DNA from: Candidatus Binatia bacterium
GTDB taxonomy: Bacteria; Desulfobacterota; Binatia; UBA9968; JAJDTQ01
DNA: 64,000 bases
Assembly (NCBI GenBank): GCA_963666515.2
Contig: OY762897.2
Coordinates: 960,001-1,024,000, forward strand
Reading direction: 5' to 3'
The translations under genes were made by a program, and so were the position numbers. The first letter of the stretch is position 1. Every line of letters begins with the position of its first letter. The notes below the pieces were generated by a model. That model searched no databases. It was not told where the DNA came from and saw only the letters and a program-made list of their open reading frames with translations. Shown piece after piece: positions 38,825 to 47,490 of the stretch.

Positions 38825-40081
38825 GTGGCAGTAGCCGAGGAAGCAATCGCCATCGGACGGCGCGCCCGTGAAGCGGCCGGCGCGTTGGCCAATCTTTCCA
38901 CCGACTCGAAGAACCGGGCCTTGCTGGCCATGGCCGACGGCATCGAGGCGCGGCAGGACTTCCTGCTGGCCGAGAACGCCAGGGACACAGGCGCGGCCGG
39001 GGAGAAGGGGCTTTCGAAGGCGGTGATCGACCGGCTCACGCTGAATCCCCAACGGGTGGCGGCCATGGCCGCGGGTATACGGGACATCGTGGGTCTGCCC
39101 GATCCGGTGCGGCAGGTTACCCGCAAGTGGCAGCGCCCCAACGGCCTGGAGGTGGGGCGGATGCGCATCCCGTTGGGGGTCATCACCATCATCTACGAGG
39201 CCCGGCCCAACGTCACCGCGGATGCCGCGTCGCTGTGCGTGAAGTCCGGCAACGCGGTGATCCTCAAGGGGGGCAGTGAGGCCAGGTTCTCCAACCAGGC
39301 CGTCGGCGACGTGCTGCGGGAAGCATGCGCGCAGGCCGGGGCGCCGGAGGACGCGGTGCAGGTAGTGGGTTCCACCGACCGGGCGATGATCCACGAGCTG
39401 CTCAAGCTCGAGGAATACGTGGACCTGATCATCCCGCGGGGCGGCGAGGAGCTGATCCGGTTCGTGGCGGCCAACTCCCTGGTGCCGGTGGTCAAGCACT
39501 ACAAGGGCGTGTGCCACGTCTACGTGGACAGCGATGCCGACCTGGAGATGGCGGAGCGCATCGCCCTCAACGCCAAGGTCCAGCGTCCGTCGGTCTGCAA
39601 CGCCATGGAGACGCTGCTGGTGCACGAGGCGGTGGCGCCGCAATTCCTGCCAGGGGTGGTGGACAAGCTGAGGGACAGCGGGGTGGAGGTGCGGGGCTGC
39701 GACAGGACGCAAGCCCTGGTTGCCGGGGTATCGCCGGCCAGCGAGGCGGACTGGCACGAGGAATACCTGGACCTGGTGTTGGCGGTGCGGGTGGTGGCGG
39801 ACATGGACGAGGCCATCGGGCACATCCGCAAGTATGGCTCGGACCACACCGAGACCATCGTCACCGCGGACCGCGCCAAGGGCGAGGACTTCGTGGCCCG
39901 GGTCAACTCGTCGGCTGTGCTGGTGAACGCCTCCACGCGCTTCAACGACGGCGGCGAGCTGGGTCTGGGCGCGGAGATCGGCATCAGCACCAGCAAGATC
40001 CACGCCTTCGGCCCCATGGGGTTGGAAGAGCTTACCAGCACCAAGTTCTTCGTGTTCGGCGACGGACAGGTCCGTACCTGA
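38825..40081 (+). CDS. proA: Gamma-glutamyl phosphate reductase
   Basis: IYEARPNVT, IIPRGG, SVCNAME, NASTRF, EIGIST; GGAG before GTG 38825. Confidence 0.97.
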   Translation: MAVAEEAIAIGRRAREAAGALANLSTDSKNRALLAMADGIEARQDFLLAENARDTGAAGEKGLSKAVIDRLTLNPQRVAAMAAGIRDIVGLPDPVRQVTRKWQRPNGLEVGRMRIPLGVITIIYEARPNVTADAASLCVKSGNAVILKGGSEARFSNQAVGDVLREACAQAGAPEDAVQVVGSTDRAMIHELLKLEEYVDLIIPRGGEELIRFVAANSLVPVVKHYKGVCHVYVDSDADLEMAERIALNAKVQRPSVCNAMETLLVHEAVAPQFLPGVVDKLRDSGVEVRGCDRTQALVAGVSPASEADWHEEYLDLVLAVRVVADMDEAIGHIRKYGSDHTETIVTADRAKGEDFVARVNSSAVLVNASTRFNDGGELGLGAEIGISTSKIHAFGPMGLEELTSTKFFVFGDGQVRT

Positions 40082-40088
40082 TACACCC

Positions 40089-40748
40089 ATGAGACTCGGC
40101 CTTTTCGGCGGCACCTTCGACCCCATCCACTTCGGACACCTGAAGAGCGCCGAGGAGGTGAGAGAGGCTTTTACGCTGGACGAGGTCCGCTTCGTGCCGT
40201 GCGGCGTGCCGCCGCACCGGAGCCGGAGGCCCGGCGCCGCGGCCCATCACCGCCTGGAGATGGTGCGGCTCGCGGTGGCGGACAGGCCGAGGCTCGGGGT
40301 CTCCGACGTGGAGGTCACGCGCCCGGGCGCGTCCTACTCCATCGATACCGTGCGCCACTTTTCGGCCGCGCTGTCGCCCGGCGACGACCTCTACCTGATC
40401 CTCGGCCTCGACGCCTTCCTGCTTATCGGCTCGTGGAAGGATTGGCGCGGGCTGCTGGCCCTCACCCACGTTATCGTGACCTCGCGTCCGGGCTTCGGCG
40501 ACACGCTGCCCTACGAAAAGATTCCCGTTGTCGTGCGGGAGGCGTTTTGCTATGATCCGAGCCGGTTCGGTTTCCGGAACGAGCTAGGAAAGGAGATCCT
40601 GTTCAAGCGCTTGACCGATGTCTCCGTCTCCGCCTCGGCCATCCGGGAGCTGCTGGGAAAGGGGAAATCGATTCGCGACCTGGTTCCCTCGGAAGTGCAA
40701 CGCTACGTGGAAGATCAACACCTCTACAACGAGTCGCCGGAGCGCTAG
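40089..40748 (+). CDS. nadD: Nicotinate-nucleotide adenylyltransferase
   Basis: FGGTFDPIHFGH, SYSIDT, SASAIR. Confidence 0.96.
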   Translation: MRLGLFGGTFDPIHFGHLKSAEEVREAFTLDEVRFVPCGVPPHRSRRPGAAAHHRLEMVRLAVADRPRLGVSDVEVTRPGASYSIDTVRHFSAALSPGDDLYLILGLDAFLLIGSWKDWRGLLALTHVIVTSRPGFGDTLPYEKIPVVVREAFCYDPSRFGFRNELGKEILFKRLTDVSVSASAIRELLGKGKSIRDLVPSEVQRYVEDQHLYNESPER

Positions 40749-41218
40749 TGCCCGACACGCCGGTTCTCGACGCAAGAGAGAAGGCGCTGCTGCTCTGCGG
40801 CTTCGCGCTCGAAAAGAAGGCCCAGGACCTCGCGCTCCTGGAGGTCGGCGGGCTCACCACCATCGCCGACTACTTCATCATCTGCTCGGGCCGTTCCGAC
40901 CGGCACGTCCAGAGCATCGCCGAAGGGATCAAGGAAGACGGCCGCCCCCGCGGCCTGCGCCCGCTATCCAGCGAAGGCAACGCCCGGGGCCAGTGGGTGC
41001 TGATGGATTTCTCGGACGTGCTGGTGCACATCTTCTACGAGCCCGTGCGCCGCTTCTACGACCTCGACGGCCTCTGGGCCGGCGCCGCAGCGGTGGAACT
41101 GCCCGAGCCCTACGCCACGCTTGCCGCGCAGTTCACCGGTGAGGACGCTCCGCAGGAACCCTGGCCCTCCGCGGAGGGCGGCTTCGATTCACGCTACATC
41201 GGAAAGCCGGTTCGCTGA
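40748..41218 (+). CDS. rsfS: Ribosome silencing factor
   Basis: KKAQD, ADYFIICSG, WVLMD..DVLVH, FYDL..LW. Confidence 0.95.
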   Translation: MPDTPVLDAREKALLLCGFALEKKAQDLALLEVGGLTTIADYFIICSGRSDRHVQSIAEGIKEDGRPRGLRPLSSEGNARGQWVLMDFSDVLVHIFYEPVRRFYDLDGLWAGAAAVELPEPYATLAAQFTGEDAPQEPWPSAEGGFDSRYIGKPVR

Positions 41219-41261
41219 GAACCGCGACCGGCCTGCACGCATCAAGAAAGAGTAAGTGGGG

Positions 41262-41336
41262 TGGTGATCCCAACGGGACTCGAACCCGTGTTTCTGGCGT
41301 GAGAGGCCAGCGTCCTAACCGCTAGACGATGGGACC
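41262..41336 (-). tRNA. tRNA-Glu (CUC)
   Basis: Reverse complement GGTCCCA...CTGGC-CTCTCAC-GCCAG...GGTTCGAG...CCA. Confidence 0.95.
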
Positions 41337-41337
41337 G

Positions 41338-41413
41338 TGGCTGAGGAGGTAGGACTCGAACCTACAATCGCCTGATCCAGAGTCAGGTGGCTTACCAATT
41401 AGCCGACTCCTCA
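41338..41413 (-). tRNA. tRNA-Gln (CUG)
   Basis: Reverse complement TGAGGAG...CCTGA-CTCTGGA-TCAGG...CTCCTCAGCCA; U1-A72 pair. Confidence 0.95.
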
Positions 41414-41425
41414 ATGTGATTTCCA

Positions 41426-41454
41426 AGGATAAATCAATACGCTTCAGGCGTCAA
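41426..41454 (-). promoter_or_regulatory. Sigma70 promoter of the tRNA-Gln/Glu operon
   Basis: TTGACG-N17-TATCCT. Confidence 0.7.
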
Positions 41455-41470
41455 GGTTGGAATCGGGGCC

Positions 41471-42403
41471 ATGGACCATCGCATGCTCGGGATCGCCTGC
41501 GTCGTCAGCGCGGTGACCCTCTTCATCCTCCAGGATGCCACCATCAAGTGGCTGAGCGGTGTCTATCCGCTGCATGAGATCATCCTGGTGCGGGCGACCA
41601 GCGCGGTGGCGGTCACGTTGTTCGCCATGCGTCTCGAAGGCGGTCTTCGGCTGTGGCGCACCCGCCGGGTGGGCCTCATCCTGGCCCGTTCCACCCTGCT
41701 GGTCATCGCCAACAGCACGTTTTTCCTCGGCCTGGCCTCCATGAGTATCGCCGAGGCCACGTCGATCTTCTTTATCGCGCCGGTGCTGATCACCGCGCTG
41801 ACGGCGTTCGTGCTGCGGGAGACGGTGGGCCTCCGCCGCTGGGCCGCGGTGTGCGTCGGCCTCGCGGGCGTCATCGTGATGCTTCGTCCCGATGAGGGCG
41901 CCGTGCGGCTGGTGGCGCTGTTCCCCTTGGCCGCGGCCTGCTGCTACGCGGGCATGCAGATCATGACCCGCCGCCTCGGGACCACCGAGCGCGCCTCCAC
42001 CATCTCCTTCTACTCCCAGGTGGCCTTCATCGTCGCGAGCGTTACCATGGGGCTGGTGGCGGGAGACGGGCGGTTCGCCCCCGACGACAGCGCAATCCTG
42101 GTGTTTCTGCTGCGGGCCTGGACGGCCCCGTCGATCGCGGACGGCGCGCTGTTCCTCGGCATCGGCGCCCTCAACGGAGTCGCCGCCTACCTCATGTCCC
42201 AGGGATACCGCGTCTCGGTGCCCGCGGTGTTGGCGCCGTTCGAGTACGTGGCGCTGCCCATGTCGGTGTTCTGGGGGGTGCTGTTCTTCGGCCACTGGCC
42301 GGACACGGTGACCTACGCCGGGATGGCCCTGGTCTGCGGCGGCGGCCTCTACGTGCTGAACCACGAGAGAGTTCGCAGGAGACGCGGCGGCACCGCCGCG
42401 TAA
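41471..42403 (+). CDS. DMT/EamA family transporter
   Basis: About 10 TM segments, LRETVG.RRW, LAPFEY. Confidence 0.9.
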   Translation: MDHRMLGIACVVSAVTLFILQDATIKWLSGVYPLHEIILVRATSAVAVTLFAMRLEGGLRLWRTRRVGLILARSTLLVIANSTFFLGLASMSIAEATSIFFIAPVLITALTAFVLRETVGLRRWAAVCVGLAGVIVMLRPDEGAVRLVALFPLAAACCYAGMQIMTRRLGTTERASTISFYSQVAFIVASVTMGLVAGDGRFAPDDSAILVFLLRAWTAPSIADGALFLGIGALNGVAAYLMSQGYRVSVPAVLAPFEYVALPMSVFWGVLFFGHWPDTVTYAGMALVCGGGLYVLNHERVRRRRGGTAA

Positions 42404-42462
42404 GCCGATTGCCGGCGGGGCGATCCATGGTCTATCTTACGGGACACCTCGTGGCCGGGAGG

Positions 42463-43332
42463 ATGGAAATGGACAAGACGGAGAAGAAGCCCAAAAAACG
42501 GAAGGACAAGGCGGGGAAGGCGGCGGCGTCTCCGCCGGGCAAGATCGACAACAAGCGCTACGAGAAGGAGTTGCTCCGGCTCCAGATCGAGCTGGTGACC
42601 ATGCTGGAGTGGATCAAGGAAAAGGGGCTCAAGGTGGTGGTGTTGTTCGAGGGCCGCGACGCCGCGGGCAAGGGCGGCGTCATCAAGCGCATTACCCAGC
42701 ACTTGAGCCCCCGCAACTGCCGGGTGGTGGCCCTGCCGGCGCCCACCGAGCGCGAGCGGACCCAATGGTACTTCCAGCGCTACGTCGCTCACCTGCCCGC
42801 GGCCGGCGAGATGGTTCTGTTCGACCGGAGTTGGTACAACCGGGCCGGCGTCGAGCGGGTCATGAACTTCTGCAGCGAGGAGGAGTACCGCGAGTTCCTG
42901 CGCACGTGCCCGGAGTTCGAGCGCATGCTCATCCGCTCCGGCATCAACCTGATCAAGTACTGGTTCTCCGTATCCGACGAAGAGCAGGAGAGGCGCTTCC
43001 GGGACCGGCTCGATTTGAAGCACAAACGCTGGAAGCTGAGTCCCATGGACCTGGAGTCGCGGCGCCGCTGGGTCGATTACTCCAGGGCCAAGGACGACAT
43101 GTTCGCCCACACCGACACCAGGCAAGCTCCCTGGCACGTGGTCGATGCCGACGTGAAGAAGCACGCGCGGCTGAACTGCATCCACCACCTGCTGAGCATG
43201 ATCCCGTATCAGGACCTGGAGCAGGAGTCCATCGAGCTGCCGGAACGCACGGAGGCCGGCTCGTACGTCCGCCCGCCCATGACCGACCAGACCTTCGTCC
43301 CGGAGGTGTATCCGGAAACCGGAGAGAAGTAG
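42463..43332 (+). CDS. ppk2: Polyphosphate kinase 2
   Basis: FEGRDAAGKGG, QWYFQRY, FDRSWYNR, WKLSPMD. Confidence 0.96.
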   Translation: MEMDKTEKKPKKRKDKAGKAAASPPGKIDNKRYEKELLRLQIELVTMLEWIKEKGLKVVVLFEGRDAAGKGGVIKRITQHLSPRNCRVVALPAPTERERTQWYFQRYVAHLPAAGEMVLFDRSWYNRAGVERVMNFCSEEEYREFLRTCPEFERMLIRSGINLIKYWFSVSDEEQERRFRDRLDLKHKRWKLSPMDLESRRRWVDYSRAKDDMFAHTDTRQAPWHVVDADVKKHARLNCIHHLLSMIPYQDLEQESIELPERTEAGSYVRPPMTDQTFVPEVYPETGEK

Positions 43333-43359
43333 CATCGGACGCGACGGGGTGTCGGTCGT

Positions 43360-44793
43360 TCAGCTTTGGGTTGACACGCGGGCGTCGATGTAGCGGATTC
43401 CTGCGGCTAGCCGCGCCAGGGTGATGTCCCGGCCGAGGACGTCGATGACCTCGTAGATGCCGGGGCTCACGGTCGAGCCGGTGAGCGCCACCCGCACCGG
43501 CTGGGCCACCTTGCCGAGCTTGATGTCCCGTTCCGCGACGATGTCGCCGAACACCTGCTCGATACCGGCCTCGTTGAAGGCCGCGAGATTTTCAAGTCTT
43601 ATCGACACTTCTTGAAGCAGATTCTTGGCTTCGGGAACCAGGTGCTTGCGTCCGGCCTTCTCGTCGATCTCCACCGTGTCCGCGAGGAAGTAGTGCGCCA
43701 TGTCCACCAGCTCCACCAGGGACTTGGCCCGTTCCCTCAAGGTCTCCACCATCCTCTCCAGCCACGCCCGGTCGTCGGGGTTCGGGTAATCCTTCGCTGA
43801 GAGGTAGGGGAGCACGTCCTCGGCCAGTCGGGACGGCGGCCGCTCTTTGAGGTAGTGGGCGTTGAGCCACAGCAGTTTCTCGGGATTGAAGACCGCCGAG
43901 GACCTGCCAACGGCGTCGATGTCGAACTTCTCCACGAGTTCAGGGCCATCGAAGATCTCCTGGTCGCCGTGGGACCAGCCCAATCGCACCAGGTAGTTGT
44001 TCAGAGCGTCGGGATAGTACCCCATATCCCGGTAGGCGGTGACCGAGGTGGCGCCGTGGCGCTTGCTGAGCCGCTTCTTGTCCTCGCCCAGGATCAGCGG
44101 CACGTGGGCGAACACCGGCGGTTTCGAGCCCAAGGCTTCGTAGAGTTGCATCTGCCGCGGCGTGTTGGACAGGTGGTCGTCGCCCCGGATGATGTGGGTG
44201 ATGCCCATGTCGAGGTCGTCGCACACCACGCAGAAGTTGTAGGTGGGGCTCCCGTCCGAGCGGGCGAGGATGAGGTCGTCCAGCTCGGTGTTGTCGAACT
44301 CCACCCGGCCCTTGACCTTGTCGTCCACCACCGTGGCGCCGCGCTCCGGCGAGCGGAACCGGATGGTGTAAGGGACGCCCTCGGGCAAGGGCACCTCCGC
44401 CCGTTCCGGCGGCCGGCACGTGCCGTCGTACATCGGCTTGCGTTTCTCGGCCAGCGCCGCCGCGCGCTTGGCCTCCAGAGTTTCCGGGGTGCACACGCAG
44501 GGGTAGGCGTCCCCGGCGTCCAGGAGTGTGCGGATCTTCTCCCGATAGAGATCCATCCGATCGGTCTGGTAGAACGGCCCCTCGTCCCACACCAGGTTCA
44601 GCCACTCCATGCTCTCAAGAATGGCGTCGATGGCCACCGGCGTTGATCGCTCACGATCCGTGTCCTCGATGCGCAGGACGAACTTCCCGTCGCAGTGACG
44701 CGCGTAAAGGTAGTTGAACAGCGCCGTGCGCGCGCCGCCGATGTGCAGGTAGCCTGTAGGGCTGGGGGCGAAACGTGTTCGGATTTCGGGCAT
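43360..44793 (-). CDS. gltX: Glutamate--tRNA ligase
   Basis: RFAPSPTGYLHIGG, IRGDDH, LSKR. Confidence 0.97.
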   Translation of the reverse strand: MPEIRTRFAPSPTGYLHIGGARTALFNYLYARHCDGKFVLRIEDTDRERSTPVAIDAILESMEWLNLVWDEGPFYQTDRMDLYREKIRTLLDAGDAYPCVCTPETLEAKRAAALAEKRKPMYDGTCRPPERAEVPLPEGVPYTIRFRSPERGATVVDDKVKGRVEFDNTELDDLILARSDGSPTYNFCVVCDDLDMGITHIIRGDDHLSNTPRQMQLYEALGSKPPVFAHVPLILGEDKKRLSKRHGATSVTAYRDMGYYPDALNNYLVRLGWSHGDQEIFDGPELVEKFDIDAVGRSSAVFNPEKLLWLNAHYLKERPPSRLAEDVLPYLSAKDYPNPDDRAWLERMVETLRERAKSLVELVDMAHYFLADTVEIDEKAGRKHLVPEAKNLLQEVSIRLENLAAFNEAGIEQVFGDIVAERDIKLGKVAQPVRVALTGSTVSPGIYEVIDVLGRDITLARLAAGIRYIDARVSTQS

Positions 44794-44882
44794 GAAATTG
44801 GTGCTTCGGGATCGGGGCAACGCCGGTCGGCGTGGCAACACCTTTTGCCTTCGGCGTGCAGCCGTGCCGGCGGTGAGTCTAC

Positions 44883-44999
44883 TTGTTACTGTGGTGCTCG
44901 GGCGTTGTCAAATCGCGTCGGGCGAGCTTGACCGGTCAATGCTGGGTGAGGTGACCGCGGAGACCGAAATTTGACCCGGTCGGCCGCGTATGCCATATT
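44883..44999. promoter_or_regulatory. Divergent sigma70 promoters (gltX / tRNA-Ser-Arg)
   Basis: Minus strand TTGACA(44911)-N17-TAACAA; plus strand TTGACC(44971)-N17-CATATT with TG extension; palindrome TTGACCGGTCAA at 44928-44939 between them. Confidence 0.55.
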
Positions 45000-45018
45000 C
45001 CGGTTCGGGGCCTGCTTC

Positions 45019-45109
45019 GGAGAGATGGCCGAGCGGTCGAAGGCGCACGCCTGCTAAGCGTGTGTACCTCAAAAGGGTACCGAGGGTTCGAATCCCTCTC
45101 TCTCCGCCA
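45019..45109 (+). tRNA. tRNA-Ser (GCU)
   Basis: GGAGAGA/TCTCTCC acceptor, CACGC-CTGCTAA-GCGTG, long variable arm, CCA. Confidence 0.95.
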
Positions 45110-45218
45110 CCTTCAATGGCAAGTGGGGTCGCCTACCAAGTATGAGCGGTGGTGTCCGCGAGGCATTGCGGTTTCCCCGCCAGTGTGGTTAATTCCTTTC
45201 AACTCTCCCCGACAATTT

Positions 45219-45295
45219 GCGCCCGTAGCTCAACTGGATAGAGCGCCAGACTACGGATCTGGAGGTTAGGGGTTCGACTCCCTTCGGGCGCGCCA
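45219..45295 (+). tRNA. tRNA-Arg (ACG)
   Basis: GCGCCCG/CGGGCGC acceptor, CCAGA-CTACGGA-TCTGG, CCA. Confidence 0.95.
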
Positions 45296-45415
45296 CCTCA
45301 CACCGTTGAATATCTCTTCAACAGATCCTGCTCTTGTGATTCCGAGTTTTTCTGGTTGCCATAACGTCTTTGATCTTATACGCTCCAGCTAGTAGCGTAA
45401 GGGTATGTGGACGTT

Positions 45416-45763
45416 ATGCCTGCCAGATCACAGGCAGCACTGCCGATCCCGGTCCGGCGTGCCCTGAGGAAACTCGGCACGGACATCCGGGATGCGCGCC
45501 GTCGCCGCCGCATCCCGACGGCGGTTATGGCCGAGCGCGCCTTCATCAGTCGCATGACTCTCAATAAGGTAGAGAAGGGAGACCCGGGCGTCTCCTTGGG
45601 CATTTACGCCACCGTGCTCTTCGTCCTCGGGATGACGGACCGTTTGGCGGAGTTGGCCGACCCCAGGCACGACCCGGTTGGATTGGGTCTGGAAGCAGAG
45701 AGGCTCCCGCAACGTATCCGCATCCGCCCGCTTCTCAGGCCAGAAACCAAGAGTGACGGTTGA
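45416..45763 (+). CDS. XRE HTH protein (HipB-like antitoxin)
   Basis: LG.DIRDARRRR..MAERAFISRMTL.KVEKGDPGVS, LPQRIR. Confidence 0.8.
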   Translation: MPARSQAALPIPVRRALRKLGTDIRDARRRRRIPTAVMAERAFISRMTLNKVEKGDPGVSLGIYATVLFVLGMTDRLAELADPRHDPVGLGLEAERLPQRIRIRPLLRPETKSDG

Positions 45764-45780
45764 CGGATGGGGAATGTCCC

Positions 45781-46428
45781 TCATTCCTCAACCAGCACCA
45801 CCAGCCGTAGCGGCCGGCTTTGCCATTCCGGAAAGCGGTTGCCGCGTCCGGGGCACGACGACACGGCGACCAGGCAGTCCTTCTCCGCGCGCAACTCCAG
45901 GTAGTCTCCGGCCACGGATTCGGCGGGTTCCTCGAACAGGCGGTCATCCTCGTTGATGCCGGTCTTCATGAAGATGTTAAAGGCGTCGTGGACGTTGTGC
46001 GCAGTGAGGCCGTAGGATTCGATGGCGCGCACGAGGTTGTCCTGGCAGTTGGGGGCGTTGTCGACGCCGCGGAGCTTCCACAGTCCCGAGCTGCAGCGCG
46101 CGTAGATGAGATCGTGGGAGATGCCGCCCAGGGGCGAGTCGACGCGTTTCACGGTGTCGTCGGTGATGGTGAACAGCACCTCCATGTTGGGCGAGGAGAA
46201 CAGGCGGTTGCCCGTGGATAGGTGCGCTCCCTCCACGATCCGGGTGCGCCCGGACCAGAATTGCTCCTTGTAGTCGGGCAGCGTCCAGGCATTGAAGTCG
46301 GCCACTTGCCCGCCCTCGACGTCGACGACCCGCACGTACTGGCCGGCCTGGACGGTGCATGCCGCCCCCTGGCCCGCGGGAACCTGAACGGAATTGATTT
46401 CGCGTAGTGCCACGGCCTTCCCTCCCAT
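45781..46428 (-). CDS. DUF1989 / urea carboxylase-associated family protein
   Basis: DVEGGQVADF, HDLIYARC, NCQDNL, AFNIFM, GDYLELRAEKD..VAVSSCP. Confidence 0.85.
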   Translation of the reverse strand: MGGKAVALREINSVQVPAGQGAACTVQAGQYVRVVDVEGGQVADFNAWTLPDYKEQFWSGRTRIVEGAHLSTGNRLFSSPNMEVLFTITDDTVKRVDSPLGGISHDLIYARCSSGLWKLRGVDNAPNCQDNLVRAIESYGLTAHNVHDAFNIFMKTGINEDDRLFEEPAESVAGDYLELRAEKDCLVAVSSCPGRGNRFPEWQSRPLRLVVLVEE

Positions 46429-46440
46429 TGGTCAAAGGCG

Positions 46441-46520
46441 TCCTTCGACTTCGCTTCGCTACGCTCAGGACGAACGGTTCGATTTCCTCAGGACAGGCGT
46501 AGCGGAACGAAGTCGCAGGA
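46441..46520. repeat. 24-bp imperfect inverted repeat (REP/MITE-like element)
   Basis: TCCTTCGACTTCGCTTCGCTACGC vs reverse complement of GCGTAGCGGAACGAAGTCGCAGGA (21/24 match); CTCAGGAC occurs twice inside. Confidence 0.75.
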
Positions 46521-46539
46521 CACAGATATCCACGGACTC

Positions 46540-47454
46540 CTATCCGGCACCGCTCCGGTCCCGCGCTCGCAGTCGCTCAAGCGCGTCCTCATAGTAGTGC
46601 TGGTAGTACCAGTCGGCGATCTCCTCGGCGGTGGCGGCCCACACGCCGTCGTGCCCGAGGATGTAGTCGAGCCCCTTGTCGATCCACTTGGCCCGGAATG
46701 CCTGCCCGCCGATGAACGGGTGGAGGCAGAGCCCGAGGATGCGTCCCGTGTGGGCGCCTTCTGCGTGCAGCACGTCGAACTGGTCGCACATCATCTTGAA
46801 GAAACTCTCGGCGTCCAGCCCGGCGCCGACGAAGGCGTAGACGTCGTTGATCTCCATGCAGTAGGGTACGCCCACCAGCCGGCTGCTGCTCACTTCGATG
46901 GGGTAAGGCTGGTCGTCGTTGCACCAGTCGGAGACGTACTCGATGCCCGCCTCGGCCAGCAGATCGAGGGTGTTGAAGGTCTCCACCAACCCCGGTCCCA
47001 ACCAGCCCTTGGTGGGACGTCCGGCCGCCGCCGTCAATTTCGCCACGCTCGCCTGAATAACCTCGCGTTCCTCTTCCCGCGACAGGCCGCCCAGAGTACG
47101 GGAATTGTTGAACCCGTGGCCCATGAGTTCCCAATCGCGCCGCAGGGCCTCCCGGATGATATCGGGATAATAGTCACATACCTGGTCGTTGGTGGGCGCG
47201 GAGGCGCGGAGGCCGTGCCGGTCCAGCATCTCCATGAGGCGCCAGATGCCCACGCGGGCGCCGTAGTCGCGCCAGCCGGCGTTCTTGGGGTCGGGGATGG
47301 GGCCGGGCGAGCGGCTGGGCGGCAGGGTCATGCCGGGGCCGTCGATGTCGAAGTGCTCCAGGTTCATCTGCACCCACAGCGCCACCCGCGCGCCGTCCGG
47401 CCAGCGCAGGGGAGGGCGCTCGATCAGAGGGGAATATCCGATGAGAGGTTCCAT
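46540..47454 (-). CDS. Polysaccharide deacetylase family, PuuE/allantoinase-like
   Basis: WPDGARVALW..NLEHF, DYGARVG.WR, GWLGP, NDDQPY, LHP. Confidence 0.85.
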   Translation of the reverse strand: MEPLIGYSPLIERPPLRWPDGARVALWVQMNLEHFDIDGPGMTLPPSRSPGPIPDPKNAGWRDYGARVGIWRLMEMLDRHGLRASAPTNDQVCDYYPDIIREALRRDWELMGHGFNNSRTLGGLSREEEREVIQASVAKLTAAAGRPTKGWLGPGLVETFNTLDLLAEAGIEYVSDWCNDDQPYPIEVSSSRLVGVPYCMEINDVYAFVGAGLDAESFFKMMCDQFDVLHAEGAHTGRILGLCLHPFIGGQAFRAKWIDKGLDYILGHDGVWAATAEEIADWYYQHYYEDALERLRARDRSGAG

Positions 47455-47490
47455 GTCCCATTCCGTGGGCGACGCCGCCGGCAATCCGTG

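Noticed and set aside
46429-46540. Guanidine riboswitch upstream of the DUF1989 gene
   Set aside because: I could not recognise ykkC or mini-ykkC (ACGR loop pair) consensus on the coding strand; an Infernal scan would be decisive
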